A DNA stretch of 64,000 bases from an uncultured Rhizobium sp. GTDB lineage: Bacteria > Pseudomonadota > Alphaproteobacteria > Rickettsiales > UBA1997. The stretch covers positions 45,293-109,292 of the forward strand of contig CAYSUM010000004.1 in assembly GCA_964434225.1 (NCBI GenBank). The letters are read 5' to 3'. Below the pieces are notes generated by a model. The model worked only from the letters and a program-made list of their open reading frames with translations. It did not search any database and was not told the DNA's origin. The first letter of the stretch is position 1, and every line of letters begins with the position of its first letter. A program made the position numbers and the translations under genes. Shown one piece after another: positions 36,179-45,923 of this stretch.

Positions 36179-37294
36179 ATGAAATTTTTTAAAAAGATCA
36201 ATCGCTATATTGCTGGTCATTTTTTGACCAAATTTTTGCAAATTACTTGCGGATTTTCGTTGCTGATTTTTCTAATTAATCTTTTGGATACGATTGAAAA
36301 AGTTCGCGGTTCTGACGAAGTTCCTTTTGCGATCACCGCTTTTATGGCTTTCTTACAAATTCCTGATTTTTTAAACGAGATTGCGCCTTCATTAATTCTG
36401 ATCGCCGCAATCACAACTTTCTTTTTTCTTTCTTCCAAAAGCGAAGTTACAATCATTCGTTCCAGCGGATTTTCTTTGTGGCAAGTCTTACAGCCAATTG
36501 CTTTTTCAGCTTTATTATTGGGGATTTTTTGGGTGATAGTTTTCGGACCAATTTCGGTGATGATGGGCGAAAAATTTAATAATCTTGAAGGCAAATATGT
36601 TCGCAAAGAAAGACGTGAAATGGTCGCGCCCGCCAACGGAATTTGGCTTAAACAAATCAACGTCAATAATCCCGAAGAAGATATTATTATTCAGGCAAAA
36701 AAAGTTGTGAAAAACACGCTAGAATTGGACGATGTGACTTTGTGGTTCTTCGATAAAAATGGTCAATTTTATCAAAAAATCGACGCCGAAAATATGTTTT
36801 TAGAAAACCACGATTGGCTGCTGCAAAATATCACGATTAACGATTCCAAAGATCTAAACAAAAAACTTAAAGCCTACGTCGTTCCCACCAATCTTGAGGC
36901 TGATTTTATTACTCAAACCGTAATTAATAATTTCCAAAACGTAAAATTATTCTCAGTTTTTCAACTGCCAAAATTGATTAATGACTTACAGTCATCTGGT
37001 TTTGCTTCGACAAAATTTAGGGTTTATTTCAATTCGCTTTTAAGCAAACCATTTCTGTTTGTGGCAATGACATTAATCGCCTGCTTCTTTGGCATTACTC
37101 ACACCAGAAATAATAAATCGATTTTTATGATGTTTGTCGGAATCACTTTAGGATTAATTTTATATATCACCTCTGGCATCGTTAATGCGCTTGGATCTTC
37201 TGGCTTAATTCCGATCTTCGCTTCCACTTGGACAATCGCAATTATCTGTCTTTCGATTGGTATTTTATTGATCTATCGCAAAGAAAAATTTTAG
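36179..37294 (+). CDS. lptG: LPS export ABC permease LptG
   Basis: Same YjgP/YjgQ architecture, directly after lptF. Confidence 0.85.
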   Translation: MKFFKKINRYIAGHFLTKFLQITCGFSLLIFLINLLDTIEKVRGSDEVPFAITAFMAFLQIPDFLNEIAPSLILIAAITTFFFLSSKSEVTIIRSSGFSLWQVLQPIAFSALLLGIFWVIVFGPISVMMGEKFNNLEGKYVRKERREMVAPANGIWLKQINVNNPEEDIIIQAKKVVKNTLELDDVTLWFFDKNGQFYQKIDAENMFLENHDWLLQNITINDSKDLNKKLKAYVVPTNLEADFITQTVINNFQNVKLFSVFQLPKLINDLQSSGFASTKFRVYFNSLLSKPFLFVAMTLIACFFGITHTRNNKSIFMMFVGITLGLILYITSGIVNALGSSGLIPIFASTWTIAIICLSIGILLIYRKEKF

Positions 37295-37414
37295 CGAAAT
37301 CACCTTTAGTCTTGTAATTTTTACTTTGAAAAATATCTTGTCTCGACTCTTTGTTTTCTAGCAAGAGCAGCTTTTACGCCTCATCAACATCCCAAACTTC
37401 AACAAAGCAAATTT

Positions 37415-38032
37415 ATGAAAAATAAAATCCTCATCGCGATTTCAATCGTCGCTTTAACTTTCTCTTCTTCTTGCAGCAAAGGTGGAAAACCCACTGAAGT
37501 CAAAAATAACAATTTATCAAATCTACCTTCTTGGGTTTTAGATCCTAACATGCCAGAAGGCGTTGCCGCTGTTGGTATTGCCAGCCCATCAAAAGGCGGA
37601 ATTAAATTTCAAATTCCTGCTGCCGAGCTTGATGCTAAAGCAAATATCGCCGCCACAATTCAATCTGAAATTAGTCGCGTAACCAAAGATTCTCTAAGAT
37701 CAGCTAATGTCAACGGAGCTGATGACGTTGAACAATTCTTCGCTCAAGCCAGCAAAGAAGTGGTAAAAAATCTGCCACTTTCTGGTGTCAAAAGAATCAA
37801 CATTTTCCAAGCCAATGACGGCACACTTTACGTGCACATGATCTTGAAAAACGAAGATTACAGCAAGTTCTTAAACGACAGCGAAAAATCTATGGGCGCT
37901 CAATTAAAAAAATCTGGTTTAGCCCGCGATAACATCAAAAAAAGTGAAGAAGCCAGCAAAGCTATTTTTGATGAATTAGAAAAAGAAAGAGGCAACAAAT
38001 CTTCTGCCGCAGAAAAACCTAAAGCTGAATAA
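37415..38032 (+). CDS. LPP20-family lipoprotein
   Basis: Lipobox LTFSSSC. PSWVLDP...GVAAVGIA...AAELDAKANIAATIQSEI is typical of LPP20/FlgP-like domains. Confidence 0.7.
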   Translation: MKNKILIAISIVALTFSSSCSKGGKPTEVKNNNLSNLPSWVLDPNMPEGVAAVGIASPSKGGIKFQIPAAELDAKANIAATIQSEISRVTKDSLRSANVNGADDVEQFFAQASKEVVKNLPLSGVKRINIFQANDGTLYVHMILKNEDYSKFLNDSEKSMGAQLKKSGLARDNIKKSEEASKAIFDELEKERGNKSSAAEKPKAE

Positions 38033-38083
38033 TAAAATACTCCATCCACTTGATTGGATGGAGTACATCACAACTCAAAATTT

Positions 38084-38251
38084 ATGAAAAAACTTCTCAC
38101 TATTTTAGCACTTCTAGCAATCGTTTCCTGCGCTTCCGAAACCGTCGCTCAAAAAGAAATCACCAAAACCATCAAACATCGAGGCGCTTCTGAACGTATT
38201 AACTCAACCAACAACAACAGTGACAATCTTTTTAAAGAAATGGATCAGTAA
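38084..38251 (+). CDS. Small lipoprotein (55 aa)
   Basis: MKKLLTILALLAIVSCAS lipobox. The start is taken at the internal ATG 38084 of the track ORF. Confidence 0.5.
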   Translation: MKKLLTILALLAIVSCASETVAQKEITKTIKHRGASERINSTNNNSDNLFKEMDQ

Positions 38252-39224
38252 AAATCTAGCGTTCTTAGCGCTAGTTATTTTTAGCCTCATATCCTGCAGC
38301 GGCAATAATAAAGCCAACGCGGATACTCCGTCATGGTATATTTCACCAAAACAAAATAATACCCAAAATCTTTACGGCGTTGCCGCTGGTGCAAATTTAG
38401 AAGAAGCTACCAAATCGGCTTTGGCTGATGCCGCAGCTCGATTGATGACCAGCATTTCATCAGAATCAAGCTTGTTGCGCGAAGAAGATAAAAGCGGCGT
38501 CAACGAAGAAATGCGCCAACAAGTCAAACAAAATATCGAAAAAATTGATTTCACCAATTTCAAAGTTTCAAATAGTAAACAAGCTGGTCCGCAGCTTTTT
38601 GTTGAGGTTGAAATTGCACGCTCACCTTTTATTTCTGATCAAAAAGACAAAGTCAGCTTTGCTGAAATTCAAGTCTCAAATTTAGAGAAAAACCTCAGCA
38701 ACGCCAATCCAATTCAAAAGCGCGTTAACTTGATAAAAATTCTTGATTTGGAAAAACAAATTGAGCTTTCCAGCCGCATTCTGCAAGGATCTGGGGAAGA
38801 AATGCATTTAAAAGATAAATTAAATCGTATCGCAGAATTTCAAAATCAATTCAATCAATTAACCGACAAAATTGAATTTTATTTCGAAATAAATTCTCCA
38901 AAAGAAATCTCGCAAGTGATTCGTACTGCGCTAAATAAAGAAAAAATCAAAATCGCCAATGCGCGCAGCAACAGCGCAAATCAAATTGTAATTGCGATTC
39001 GTTCTTCATTCAACAGCAACGAAATTTACGGCGCTCATATCACAAAATTAAAAATTAATTTTGAAAATTTATCGGGCGGAAAAACCGTCGCCAGCAACTC
39101 GGTTGAAGTTACCGGAAGTTCAGCAATTTCTAAAAAAGAATCTTATTTCGCTTCGGTTAAAGCCCTAGAAGACAAAATTTCGCAAGATGGAATTTTAAAA
39201 GTACTTGGGATTATTAATTACTAA
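38220..39224 (+). CDS. LPP20-like N-terminal domain lipoprotein (334 aa)
   Basis: GTG start. Lipobox FSLISCSG. PSWYISP...LYGVAAGANLEEATKSALADAAARL repeats the LPP20-like pattern. Confidence 0.6.
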   Translation: MTIFLKKWISKNLAFLALVIFSLISCSGNNKANADTPSWYISPKQNNTQNLYGVAAGANLEEATKSALADAAARLMTSISSESSLLREEDKSGVNEEMRQQVKQNIEKIDFTNFKVSNSKQAGPQLFVEVEIARSPFISDQKDKVSFAEIQVSNLEKNLSNANPIQKRVNLIKILDLEKQIELSSRILQGSGEEMHLKDKLNRIAEFQNQFNQLTDKIEFYFEINSPKEISQVIRTALNKEKIKIANARSNSANQIVIAIRSSFNSNEIYGAHITKLKINFENLSGGKTVASNSVEVTGSSAISKKESYFASVKALEDKISQDGILKVLGIINY

Positions 39225-39260
39225 GAACAAACCGTAAAACCACTAAACAACTAAAAATTT

Positions 39261-40313
39261 ATGAAATTTAAAAATCTCGCACTTCTTTTATTTCTCAGCT
39301 CTTGCTCTACAACCATAAGCCATTTCGACGATTATCAAAAACAATTTTTGAGCAAAACTAAATTCATGCCAACGCCAGAAAATATTGCCGGCAAAGCACC
39401 TAAAGTTGTAGTTTTTGCGCTCGATCAAAATAATAACGAGATCGCCAATCAAACCAATTTAGGCGATTCTTTAGCCAATAATGTTGAAAATGTTTTAAGT
39501 AAAAATCGTTTAGGCGAAATCGTTGATCGCAAAGCTGCTGGCAAATTACAAAAAGAAATTTCTCTGGCTGAAATGAATAAAACCGGTTCTTACAAAGGCC
39601 CGATTGTCGCTGATTATGCGGTTTCTGGCGCTATTTCTAATGCTGGATTTACTAGCAAATATTCTAGCGGTTCAACCTATTACAACCCACAAAGCCGCCA
39701 GATGGTTTCAATTCCACCAAAATATACTTACTCTTCCGATGTCGCTGGAAATCTTAAAGTATATGAATTGCCATCTTTAGCGGTTGTTGAATCAATCGAA
39801 TTTGCTGGCAAAAAAAGCCGCTCGGAAGCTGTCCAACAAGATGGCGGATTCGCTCTTGGCGGAATTCAAATTGGCGGTAAAAAAGTTGAAGGCACAAAAC
39901 GCGACGACAGCTTGGTGCGCAAAGCTGGTGAAGATGCAATCTCTGAAATCGAAGTTGATATCAAAAATTTCTTCGCCAAAAAAGGTTATATTTTGGAAAA
40001 ACGCATGCTGAAAGATAAAGCAATTTTCAAGATCTCTTTGGGCTCAACCGATGGCATTAAACAAGACGATAAATTTGAAGTTAGCGGCCAATATGAATCT
40101 GAAAACGCCCTAACCAACCAAGTGGAAATTGAGCGCAGAATTATTGGCATGGGGTCAGTTTCTGATATTATCGATCCAAAAACCGCTTGGGTGGTGATAG
40201 ATGATGCTAAAAAAGCTGAAACCATTCGTTTGGGAGATTCGGTCAAAATGAAATATAAAAAAGGTCGCTTCGCTGGAGTCACAAAACTTGCAACTTCAAT
40301 GTTGGAACAATAA
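39261..40313 (+). CDS. CsgG/LpoB/TolB-N-like fold lipoprotein with C-terminal beta-rich domain
   Basis: Lipobox LFLSSCST. KVVVFALDQNN...LGDSLANNVENVLSKNRLGEIVDRKAAGKLQKEISLAE matches the CsgG-family N-terminal pattern. Confidence 0.55.
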   Translation: MKFKNLALLLFLSSCSTTISHFDDYQKQFLSKTKFMPTPENIAGKAPKVVVFALDQNNNEIANQTNLGDSLANNVENVLSKNRLGEIVDRKAAGKLQKEISLAEMNKTGSYKGPIVADYAVSGAISNAGFTSKYSSGSTYYNPQSRQMVSIPPKYTYSSDVAGNLKVYELPSLAVVESIEFAGKKSRSEAVQQDGGFALGGIQIGGKKVEGTKRDDSLVRKAGEDAISEIEVDIKNFFAKKGYILEKRMLKDKAIFKISLGSTDGIKQDDKFEVSGQYESENALTNQVEIERRIIGMGSVSDIIDPKTAWVVIDDAKKAETIRLGDSVKMKYKKGRFAGVTKLATSMLEQ

Positions 40314-41176
40314 TGCAATTTAAAAATAATATCCGCGAACTTGCTGATCTTTACGATTATTTTGTTTTTGACGTTTGGGGCGTAATTCATGACGGCACTT
40401 CGTCCTACGCTGGCGCTGCCGATGCAATTAAATTCCTGCGCGCCAAAAATAAAAAAATCTGCTTCCTATCAAACGCACCGCGCCGCGCTTTTAAAGTTGC
40501 CGCGGTTCTACAAAAATACGATATTTCCAGCGATCTTTACGATTTCATCTTAACTTCTGGAGAAGCTGCATATTTTGATTTTACAAAAAATCAGAGAAAT
40601 AATTTCGCTGATTTCGGTCCAAATTATTTTTATATCGGCCCAAAAAAAGACGCCGATTTACTTGACGGGCTCAATTACAAAATGGTTGAAGATGCCTCTT
40701 GCGCCAACATCGCCATCACCACCGGATTCGACAAAGACGACTCAACTTTAGAAGAAAAAATGTCGCAAATTTTGTTGGCAAAAAAATTCAATCTACCGTT
40801 GATCTGTGTCAATCCCGATTTGATTGTAGTTAAACAAAATGGCGCCGAATTGCTTTGCGCTGGCGCAATCGCAGCTGAATATAAAAAACTTGGCGGCAAA
40901 GTTTCATATTATGGCAAACCTTATCAAACCGTTTACAAAATAGTTTGTGAAATGTTTGGCTGCGATTCTCATCAAAAAATCCTCGCAATTGGCGATGGCA
41001 TGGAAACCGACATTAAAGGCGCCAATGATTTTGGCATTGACTCCGCGTTAATTACGGGCGGAATTTTATCAAATATTCTTGGCGTAAAATATGGCGAAAT
41101 TGCTGATAAAAATAAACTCGAAACCGTTTGCAAAAATTACCAGCTTTTTCCAAAATTCGTCATTCCTGGTTTATAA
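40313..41176 (+). CDS. HAD-superfamily IIA hydrolase
   Basis: YDYFVFDVWGVIHDG (DxWG motif), LSNAPR and GDGMETDIKGA. The start overlaps the upstream stop codon (TAATG). Confidence 0.8.
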   Translation: MQFKNNIRELADLYDYFVFDVWGVIHDGTSSYAGAADAIKFLRAKNKKICFLSNAPRRAFKVAAVLQKYDISSDLYDFILTSGEAAYFDFTKNQRNNFADFGPNYFYIGPKKDADLLDGLNYKMVEDASCANIAITTGFDKDDSTLEEKMSQILLAKKFNLPLICVNPDLIVVKQNGAELLCAGAIAAEYKKLGGKVSYYGKPYQTVYKIVCEMFGCDSHQKILAIGDGMETDIKGANDFGIDSALITGGILSNILGVKYGEIADKNKLETVCKNYQLFPKFVIPGL

Positions 41177-41203
41177 ATCTTAACTTCAACTAACTCACAA
41201 TTT

Positions 41204-42316
41204 ATGTTGCCTTATCCTTCAAGAAAAAAGAAATCCAAAAAATTATTCGTTGTCGCAACAATCGCTGCAGCCTGTATTTTTAGCGGTTCGTACTATGTTC
41301 TTACTAACACTTCTAGCGATGAAGTTGTAGCAAAAATCAACGGTCAAAAAATCTACAAATCAGAAATTGAATTAAGATTGCACGACGTTTTTGAAGGCCA
41401 AGAAGCTTCTGTCAACTCGCCCGAAGTAAGCAAATTACCAAAAGAAATTATCGAAATTTTGGTTAAAGAAGTTTATCTGGAAAAAGAATTAACCAAAGAA
41501 GCGCTAAGATCTGACGCGGTTAAAACCAAAGAAGTAAAAGAAAAAATCGCTGATTCAAAAAACAAAATTTTACGTCAGGCTTACATCGACTCAATCATTA
41601 AAAAAGAAATCACTGCCGACAAAATTAATAATAAATATCTTGAACTTAGCAAAGAATTAGAAGGCAAAAAAGAATATCAAATTTTCCACATCGTGGTGAA
41701 AACCAAGGAAGAAGCTGAAAAACTTGCTAAAGAATTAAAATACAAAAAAAGCCCCGCCAAATTTGCAGAATTGGCAAAAAAATATTCAATCGACCAAGAA
41801 ACTGCTGCCAAAGGCGGCGAGATTGATTATACTCTTGAGGATAGCATGATTAAAGAAGTTGCGGCAGTGATTACAACTTTGGACAAAGACCAAATTTCCG
41901 AACCAATTCAAACTAAATTTGGCTGGCATCTGGTAAAAGTTGGCGATGTTCGCGAAGCTAAAGCTTTGTCTTTCGAATCTGTAAAAGACAATATTCGCGA
42001 CCAATTGATTCAAGATCGCGTTAACGAGATCAATAATAAAATCATCAATAATGCTAAGGTTCAGATTTTGATTCAGTTAAACAAAAATGAAAAATCTAAA
42101 GGCTCTGAAGTCGCTCCAAAAGACGTTTCAATGGACGCATCTCCTTCAGAAGAAGTTCAAGCCAACAACAATAAAACTGAAGTTGAAATTGTTTCTAACG
42201 AGGCCACTTCAAAAGAAATGAAAGAAGAAACAGATCAAGCCGATGAAGAAAAAGATGCAGACAATAAAAATAAATCACATGCAAAACAAAAGAATTACAA
42301 AAAATCAAAAAGGTAA
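41204..42316 (+). CDS. Parvulin-type peptidyl-prolyl isomerase (membrane-anchored, SurA/PrsA-like) with charged low-complexity tail
   Basis: Rotamase block YQIFHIVVKTKEEAE...AKGGEIDY...FGWHLVKV, plus an N-terminal TM helix. Confidence 0.8.
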   Translation: MLPYPSRKKKSKKLFVVATIAAACIFSGSYYVLTNTSSDEVVAKINGQKIYKSEIELRLHDVFEGQEASVNSPEVSKLPKEIIEILVKEVYLEKELTKEALRSDAVKTKEVKEKIADSKNKILRQAYIDSIIKKEITADKINNKYLELSKELEGKKEYQIFHIVVKTKEEAEKLAKELKYKKSPAKFAELAKKYSIDQETAAKGGEIDYTLEDSMIKEVAAVITTLDKDQISEPIQTKFGWHLVKVGDVREAKALSFESVKDNIRDQLIQDRVNEINNKIINNAKVQILIQLNKNEKSKGSEVAPKDVSMDASPSEEVQANNNKTEVEIVSNEATSKEMKEETDQADEEKDADNKNKSHAKQKNYKKSKR

Positions 42317-43094
42317 TAACAGAAACGAAGCATCTTACAGCCAGAACACAATCTGGCTGTATGGCAAACATGCAGTATTTGCGGCACTACAAAAAAAACG
42401 CCGCAAAATTTTTCAAATTCTTGTCACTAAAAATACACTGAGCGAACTTGAAAAATTACTTCAAAAAAATCCCTCTCTTGCACAATTAGAAAATTCGATA
42501 AAATTAGTTGATGGCGAATTCATCAGCTCAATCATTGGTCGCGATCAACTTCATCAAGGTATCGCTTTAAACTGTTCGCGCCTGCCATTTAAAAATCAAA
42601 ACGATTTACTGGAAGAGCTTTACGCTTTGGAAAAAAGCCAATTACCGACTTTAATTTTACTCGATCAATTGACCGATCCGCAAAATATCGGCGCAATTAT
42701 TCGTAGCGCCATTTCTTTTGGCGTAAAAAAAATAATTTTCTGCGAACATAGCGCGCCAAAAGAAAGTGCTGCAATGTGCAGATCTTCAGCCGGAACTATT
42801 GAATTGGCCGATTTGGTTGTGGTGGTAAATTTCAATAATTTAATTGAGAAACTAAAAAAAATTGGCTATTGGTGCATCGGTTTAGATGGCACTTCTGCCA
42901 CCCCGATTAGCGAAATAAAAACTTACGATCGTGTCGCTTTAGTTGTTGGCTCAGAAGGCGACGGAATTCGTGATTTGGTCAAAAAGAACTGCGACATTCT
43001 TGCAAAAATAAATATCGATCCAAACGTGGAAAGCCTTAACGCCTCGGTCGCCACTTCAATTGCGCTTTATGAATTATCTCAGAAAATAAAATGA
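42279..43094 (+). CDS. TrmH/SpoU-family rRNA 2'-O-methyltransferase (RlmB-like)
   Basis: WLYGKHAVFAAL..., LDQLTDPQNIGAIIRSA, GSEGDGIR, LNASVATSIALYE. The start is uncertain, since the track ORF begins at 42243; either start overlaps the upstream gene. Confidence 0.8.
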   Translation: MQNKRITKNQKGNNRNEASYSQNTIWLYGKHAVFAALQKKRRKIFQILVTKNTLSELEKLLQKNPSLAQLENSIKLVDGEFISSIIGRDQLHQGIALNCSRLPFKNQNDLLEELYALEKSQLPTLILLDQLTDPQNIGAIIRSAISFGVKKIIFCEHSAPKESAAMCRSSAGTIELADLVVVVNFNNLIEKLKKIGYWCIGLDGTSATPISEIKTYDRVALVVGSEGDGIRDLVKKNCDILAKINIDPNVESLNASVATSIALYELSQKIK

Positions 43095-43876
43095 AAAGAA
43101 TCGCCGTAATTGCCGCCAAAAATAATTCCCGCGCTTTAGAGAAAAAAAATCTTCTAGTCGAAAAATACGGTTTGACTGATTTAACCACCAAACATCAAGA
43201 TGTTGCCGGAATTGATGTGGTTGTAGCGATCGGTGGCGATGGTTTAATGCTACATTTACTACACGAATACGAAAAATCACAAACCTCAGTTTATGGCGTT
43301 AATTGTGGCACCGTGGGCTTTTTGATGAATTCTTTTCGCGAAGAAAATTTTTTGGAAAATTTAGAAAAGGCAAAAGAATCAAGGCTTTTTCCACTACGGA
43401 TGAATGTTACCGATGTTGACGGAAAATTACACAGCCACGTTGCGATCAATGAAATAGCGCTTCTACGCCAATCAAGCCAAGCCGCAAAAATCAGAGTTGC
43501 AGTTAATGGCTATGAAAGAATTTCGAGTTTAGCTGCTGACGGAATTTTAGTGGCAACTGCCGCCGGAAGCACGGCTTACAACCTTTCCGCCGGTGGCCCG
43601 ATCATTCCTTTTGGTTCTAAAATTCTCGCCCTAACCCCAATCAGCCCTTTTCGTCCACGCAATTGGAATGGCGCGCTTTTACCAGCAGATAGCAAAATTA
43701 AATTGGAAGTTTTAAAATCTAATTCACGTCCCGTCAGCGCTACCGCTGATTTCAACTCAGTGCAAAATGTTAAAGAAGTAGAAATTTTTGAAGATCGTTC
43801 GCTTTATTTTAAAATTCTTTTCGATCCAAATCACTCATTGGAAGAAAGAATTATTCGCGAACAATTTAACAATTAG
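43091..43876 (+). CDS. nadK: NAD kinase
   Basis: GGDGLMLH and TAAGSTAYNLSAGGPI motifs. ATGA overlap with the upstream gene. Confidence 0.9.
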   Translation: MKRIAVIAAKNNSRALEKKNLLVEKYGLTDLTTKHQDVAGIDVVVAIGGDGLMLHLLHEYEKSQTSVYGVNCGTVGFLMNSFREENFLENLEKAKESRLFPLRMNVTDVDGKLHSHVAINEIALLRQSSQAAKIRVAVNGYERISSLAADGILVATAAGSTAYNLSAGGPIIPFGSKILALTPISPFRPRNWNGALLPADSKIKLEVLKSNSRPVSATADFNSVQNVKEVEIFEDRSLYFKILFDPNHSLEERIIREQFNN

Positions 43877-44062
43877 TCGAATTATAAGCGCCAGCGCAGT
43901 ATTCTGATTCATGCGCAACAAGCTTAAGAGAGCCTCAAATGCGTTTAATGGATAATTACCCAAACTTCTTAAAACAAATATTTGACTTTTGTCTGACCAT
44001 TCATAAATTGCCGCGCCTCTTGCGTTTGTAAAAAATTTCCTCACAAAAAGAAAAGTTTATTT

Positions 44063-44139
44063 GGGTCTGTAGCTCAGTTGGTTAGAGTGCGCGCCTGATA
44101 AGTGCGAGGTCGGTGGTTCAAGTCCACCCAGACCCACCA
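44063..44139 (+). tRNA. tRNA-Ile (anticodon GAU)
   Basis: Acceptor stem gggtctg/cagaccc, D-arm agctcagttggttagag, anticodon loop ctGATaa, T-arm ggttcaagtcc, encoded CCA. Confidence 0.9.
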
Positions 44140-44153
44140 TTTAAACTTTTATT

Positions 44154-45893
44154 TCAAAAACTTTTTAGAATTTCTCCGAATAATTTCGCTGGCAAAGATC
44201 CGCCCGTCACCTTATTCGTCGCAGAATTGTCATCATTTCCGATCCAAACTCCAACAACATAATCATCGTTAAAGCCAACAAACCAAGCATCGCGATAATC
44301 TTGGCTGGTTCCAGTTTTTCCATAAATATTTTGTGCGACATTAGCATTTTTTCCGGTTCCAGATTCTACAACCGCGCGCAAAACTTCCTTTATTTTCTCT
44401 TGAGCTTTCTGAGAAATTACATTGCCAATCCCAGAAGATTCACGGTCGTAGAGCGATTCGTCTTTGTCATTTTTTATCGAAATTATCGAATAAGGAATCA
44501 CCGCTTCGCCGCCATTGGCAATTGTAGCGTAAGCGCTAGTAAGCTCGAACAGACTTACTTCCGTGGTTCCCAGCGCAATCGTTAAATCGTTTTTTTCAAT
44601 TTTCGAAATAATTCCCAAACGTCTTGCGGTTTGGGCAATCGCACCTTTTTCCTGTTGACGCGCCAATTGTATTGCCACCGAATTTAGAGATTCCGCGAAA
44701 GCGCGCTTCAACGTAACTTCGCCCAAATAATGATTGTTGTAATTTTCTGGCAACCAAACTCCAACATTGATCTTTTTATCTTCAATACTGTCATCGACAG
44801 CAGCGCCATTTTCAAAAGCGGTTAAATAAACGAAAGTTTTGAACGCCGATCCAGCCTGTCTTTTGGCATAAACTGCGCGATTAAACTGACTTTTTTGATA
44901 GTCTTTGCCGCCAGACATTGCTAGCACCGCACCATCTTTCATCATTACCACAATCGCGATTTCTGACTTACCGATTTTGTCAGAATTTTTTGCAACAAAT
45001 TCATTTTCAACTTCCTCTAACTTGGCCTGAAGTCTTTCTTCCAGAGTTGTGGTGACGATAATTTTTTTATCCCGCAAATTCTTTTTTGAAATAAAGTCAG
45101 CAAATTGATCATGTACGAAGTCAGCAAAATAAAGCCTTTGTGACTTTTCAACTTTGTAAGAAACATCTTGAGCAACTTCTGATAAATTTTTGGCGCTCAA
45201 AAATCCAGCTTCAGCCATATTCTCTAAAACCTCGTCAGCTCTGGTTTGCGCCAATTCCATATTATTTTTTGGTGAAAATTTTGACGGCGCCTTCAATAAA
45301 CCAGCCAACATCGCAGCTTCGTTTAAATTAATATTGGCAACATTTTTGCCAAAATAAAATTTTGCCGCATTGCCCACGCCATAGTTTCCGGCGCCAAAAT
45401 AAGCGCGATTTAAATAGCAGGTAATAATTTGTTCTTTGGTGAATTTACGTTCCAATTGCAACGCCAGCAAAATTTCTTGGATTTTGCGTTTGAAATTTCG
45501 ATCTGGCGTTAAGAATAATAATTTCGCCAATTGCTGCGTGATTGTACTGCCGCCTTGCACAATATGACCAGCTTCGTGATTGGCGTACGAAGCGCGTAAA
45601 ATGCCAAAAATATCAATTCCGTAATGCGAAAAAAAACGGCGATCTTCAGTCGCAATTACTGCATTTATAAGGTTTGATGGCAATTCATAAAAATCAATTT
45701 CGCTGCCGTAAATGCCGCCGAATTTTGTAATTGGCTCGTCGTCAGAATAATTTATTTCAATGGTTTGGCGATTTTTTTGTGCCTCCATTTCGCTCAAACT
45801 TGGTAAATCGTGAAGATAATAAACTAGCGCCATCGCGCCAAAAATCGTGATCCAGATTGAGAAAATAAATCCCCACTTCAAAATGAATTTCAT
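44154..45893 (-). CDS. Bifunctional class A penicillin-binding protein (GT51 transglycosylase + transpeptidase)
   Basis: GT51 motifs EDRRFFSHYGID and GGSTITQQL. Transpeptidase motifs SAFK, SLN and KTGT. Confidence 0.9.
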   Translation of the reverse strand: MKFILKWGFIFSIWITIFGAMALVYYLHDLPSLSEMEAQKNRQTIEINYSDDEPITKFGGIYGSEIDFYELPSNLINAVIATEDRRFFSHYGIDIFGILRASYANHEAGHIVQGGSTITQQLAKLLFLTPDRNFKRKIQEILLALQLERKFTKEQIITCYLNRAYFGAGNYGVGNAAKFYFGKNVANINLNEAAMLAGLLKAPSKFSPKNNMELAQTRADEVLENMAEAGFLSAKNLSEVAQDVSYKVEKSQRLYFADFVHDQFADFISKKNLRDKKIIVTTTLEERLQAKLEEVENEFVAKNSDKIGKSEIAIVVMMKDGAVLAMSGGKDYQKSQFNRAVYAKRQAGSAFKTFVYLTAFENGAAVDDSIEDKKINVGVWLPENYNNHYLGEVTLKRAFAESLNSVAIQLARQQEKGAIAQTARRLGIISKIEKNDLTIALGTTEVSLFELTSAYATIANGGEAVIPYSIISIKNDKDESLYDRESSGIGNVISQKAQEKIKEVLRAVVESGTGKNANVAQNIYGKTGTSQDYRDAWFVGFNDDYVVGVWIGNDDNSATNKVTGGSLPAKLFGEILKSF

Positions 45894-45923
45894 CTTATTT
45901 TGTAATTAAAATTTCTTAAGCAA

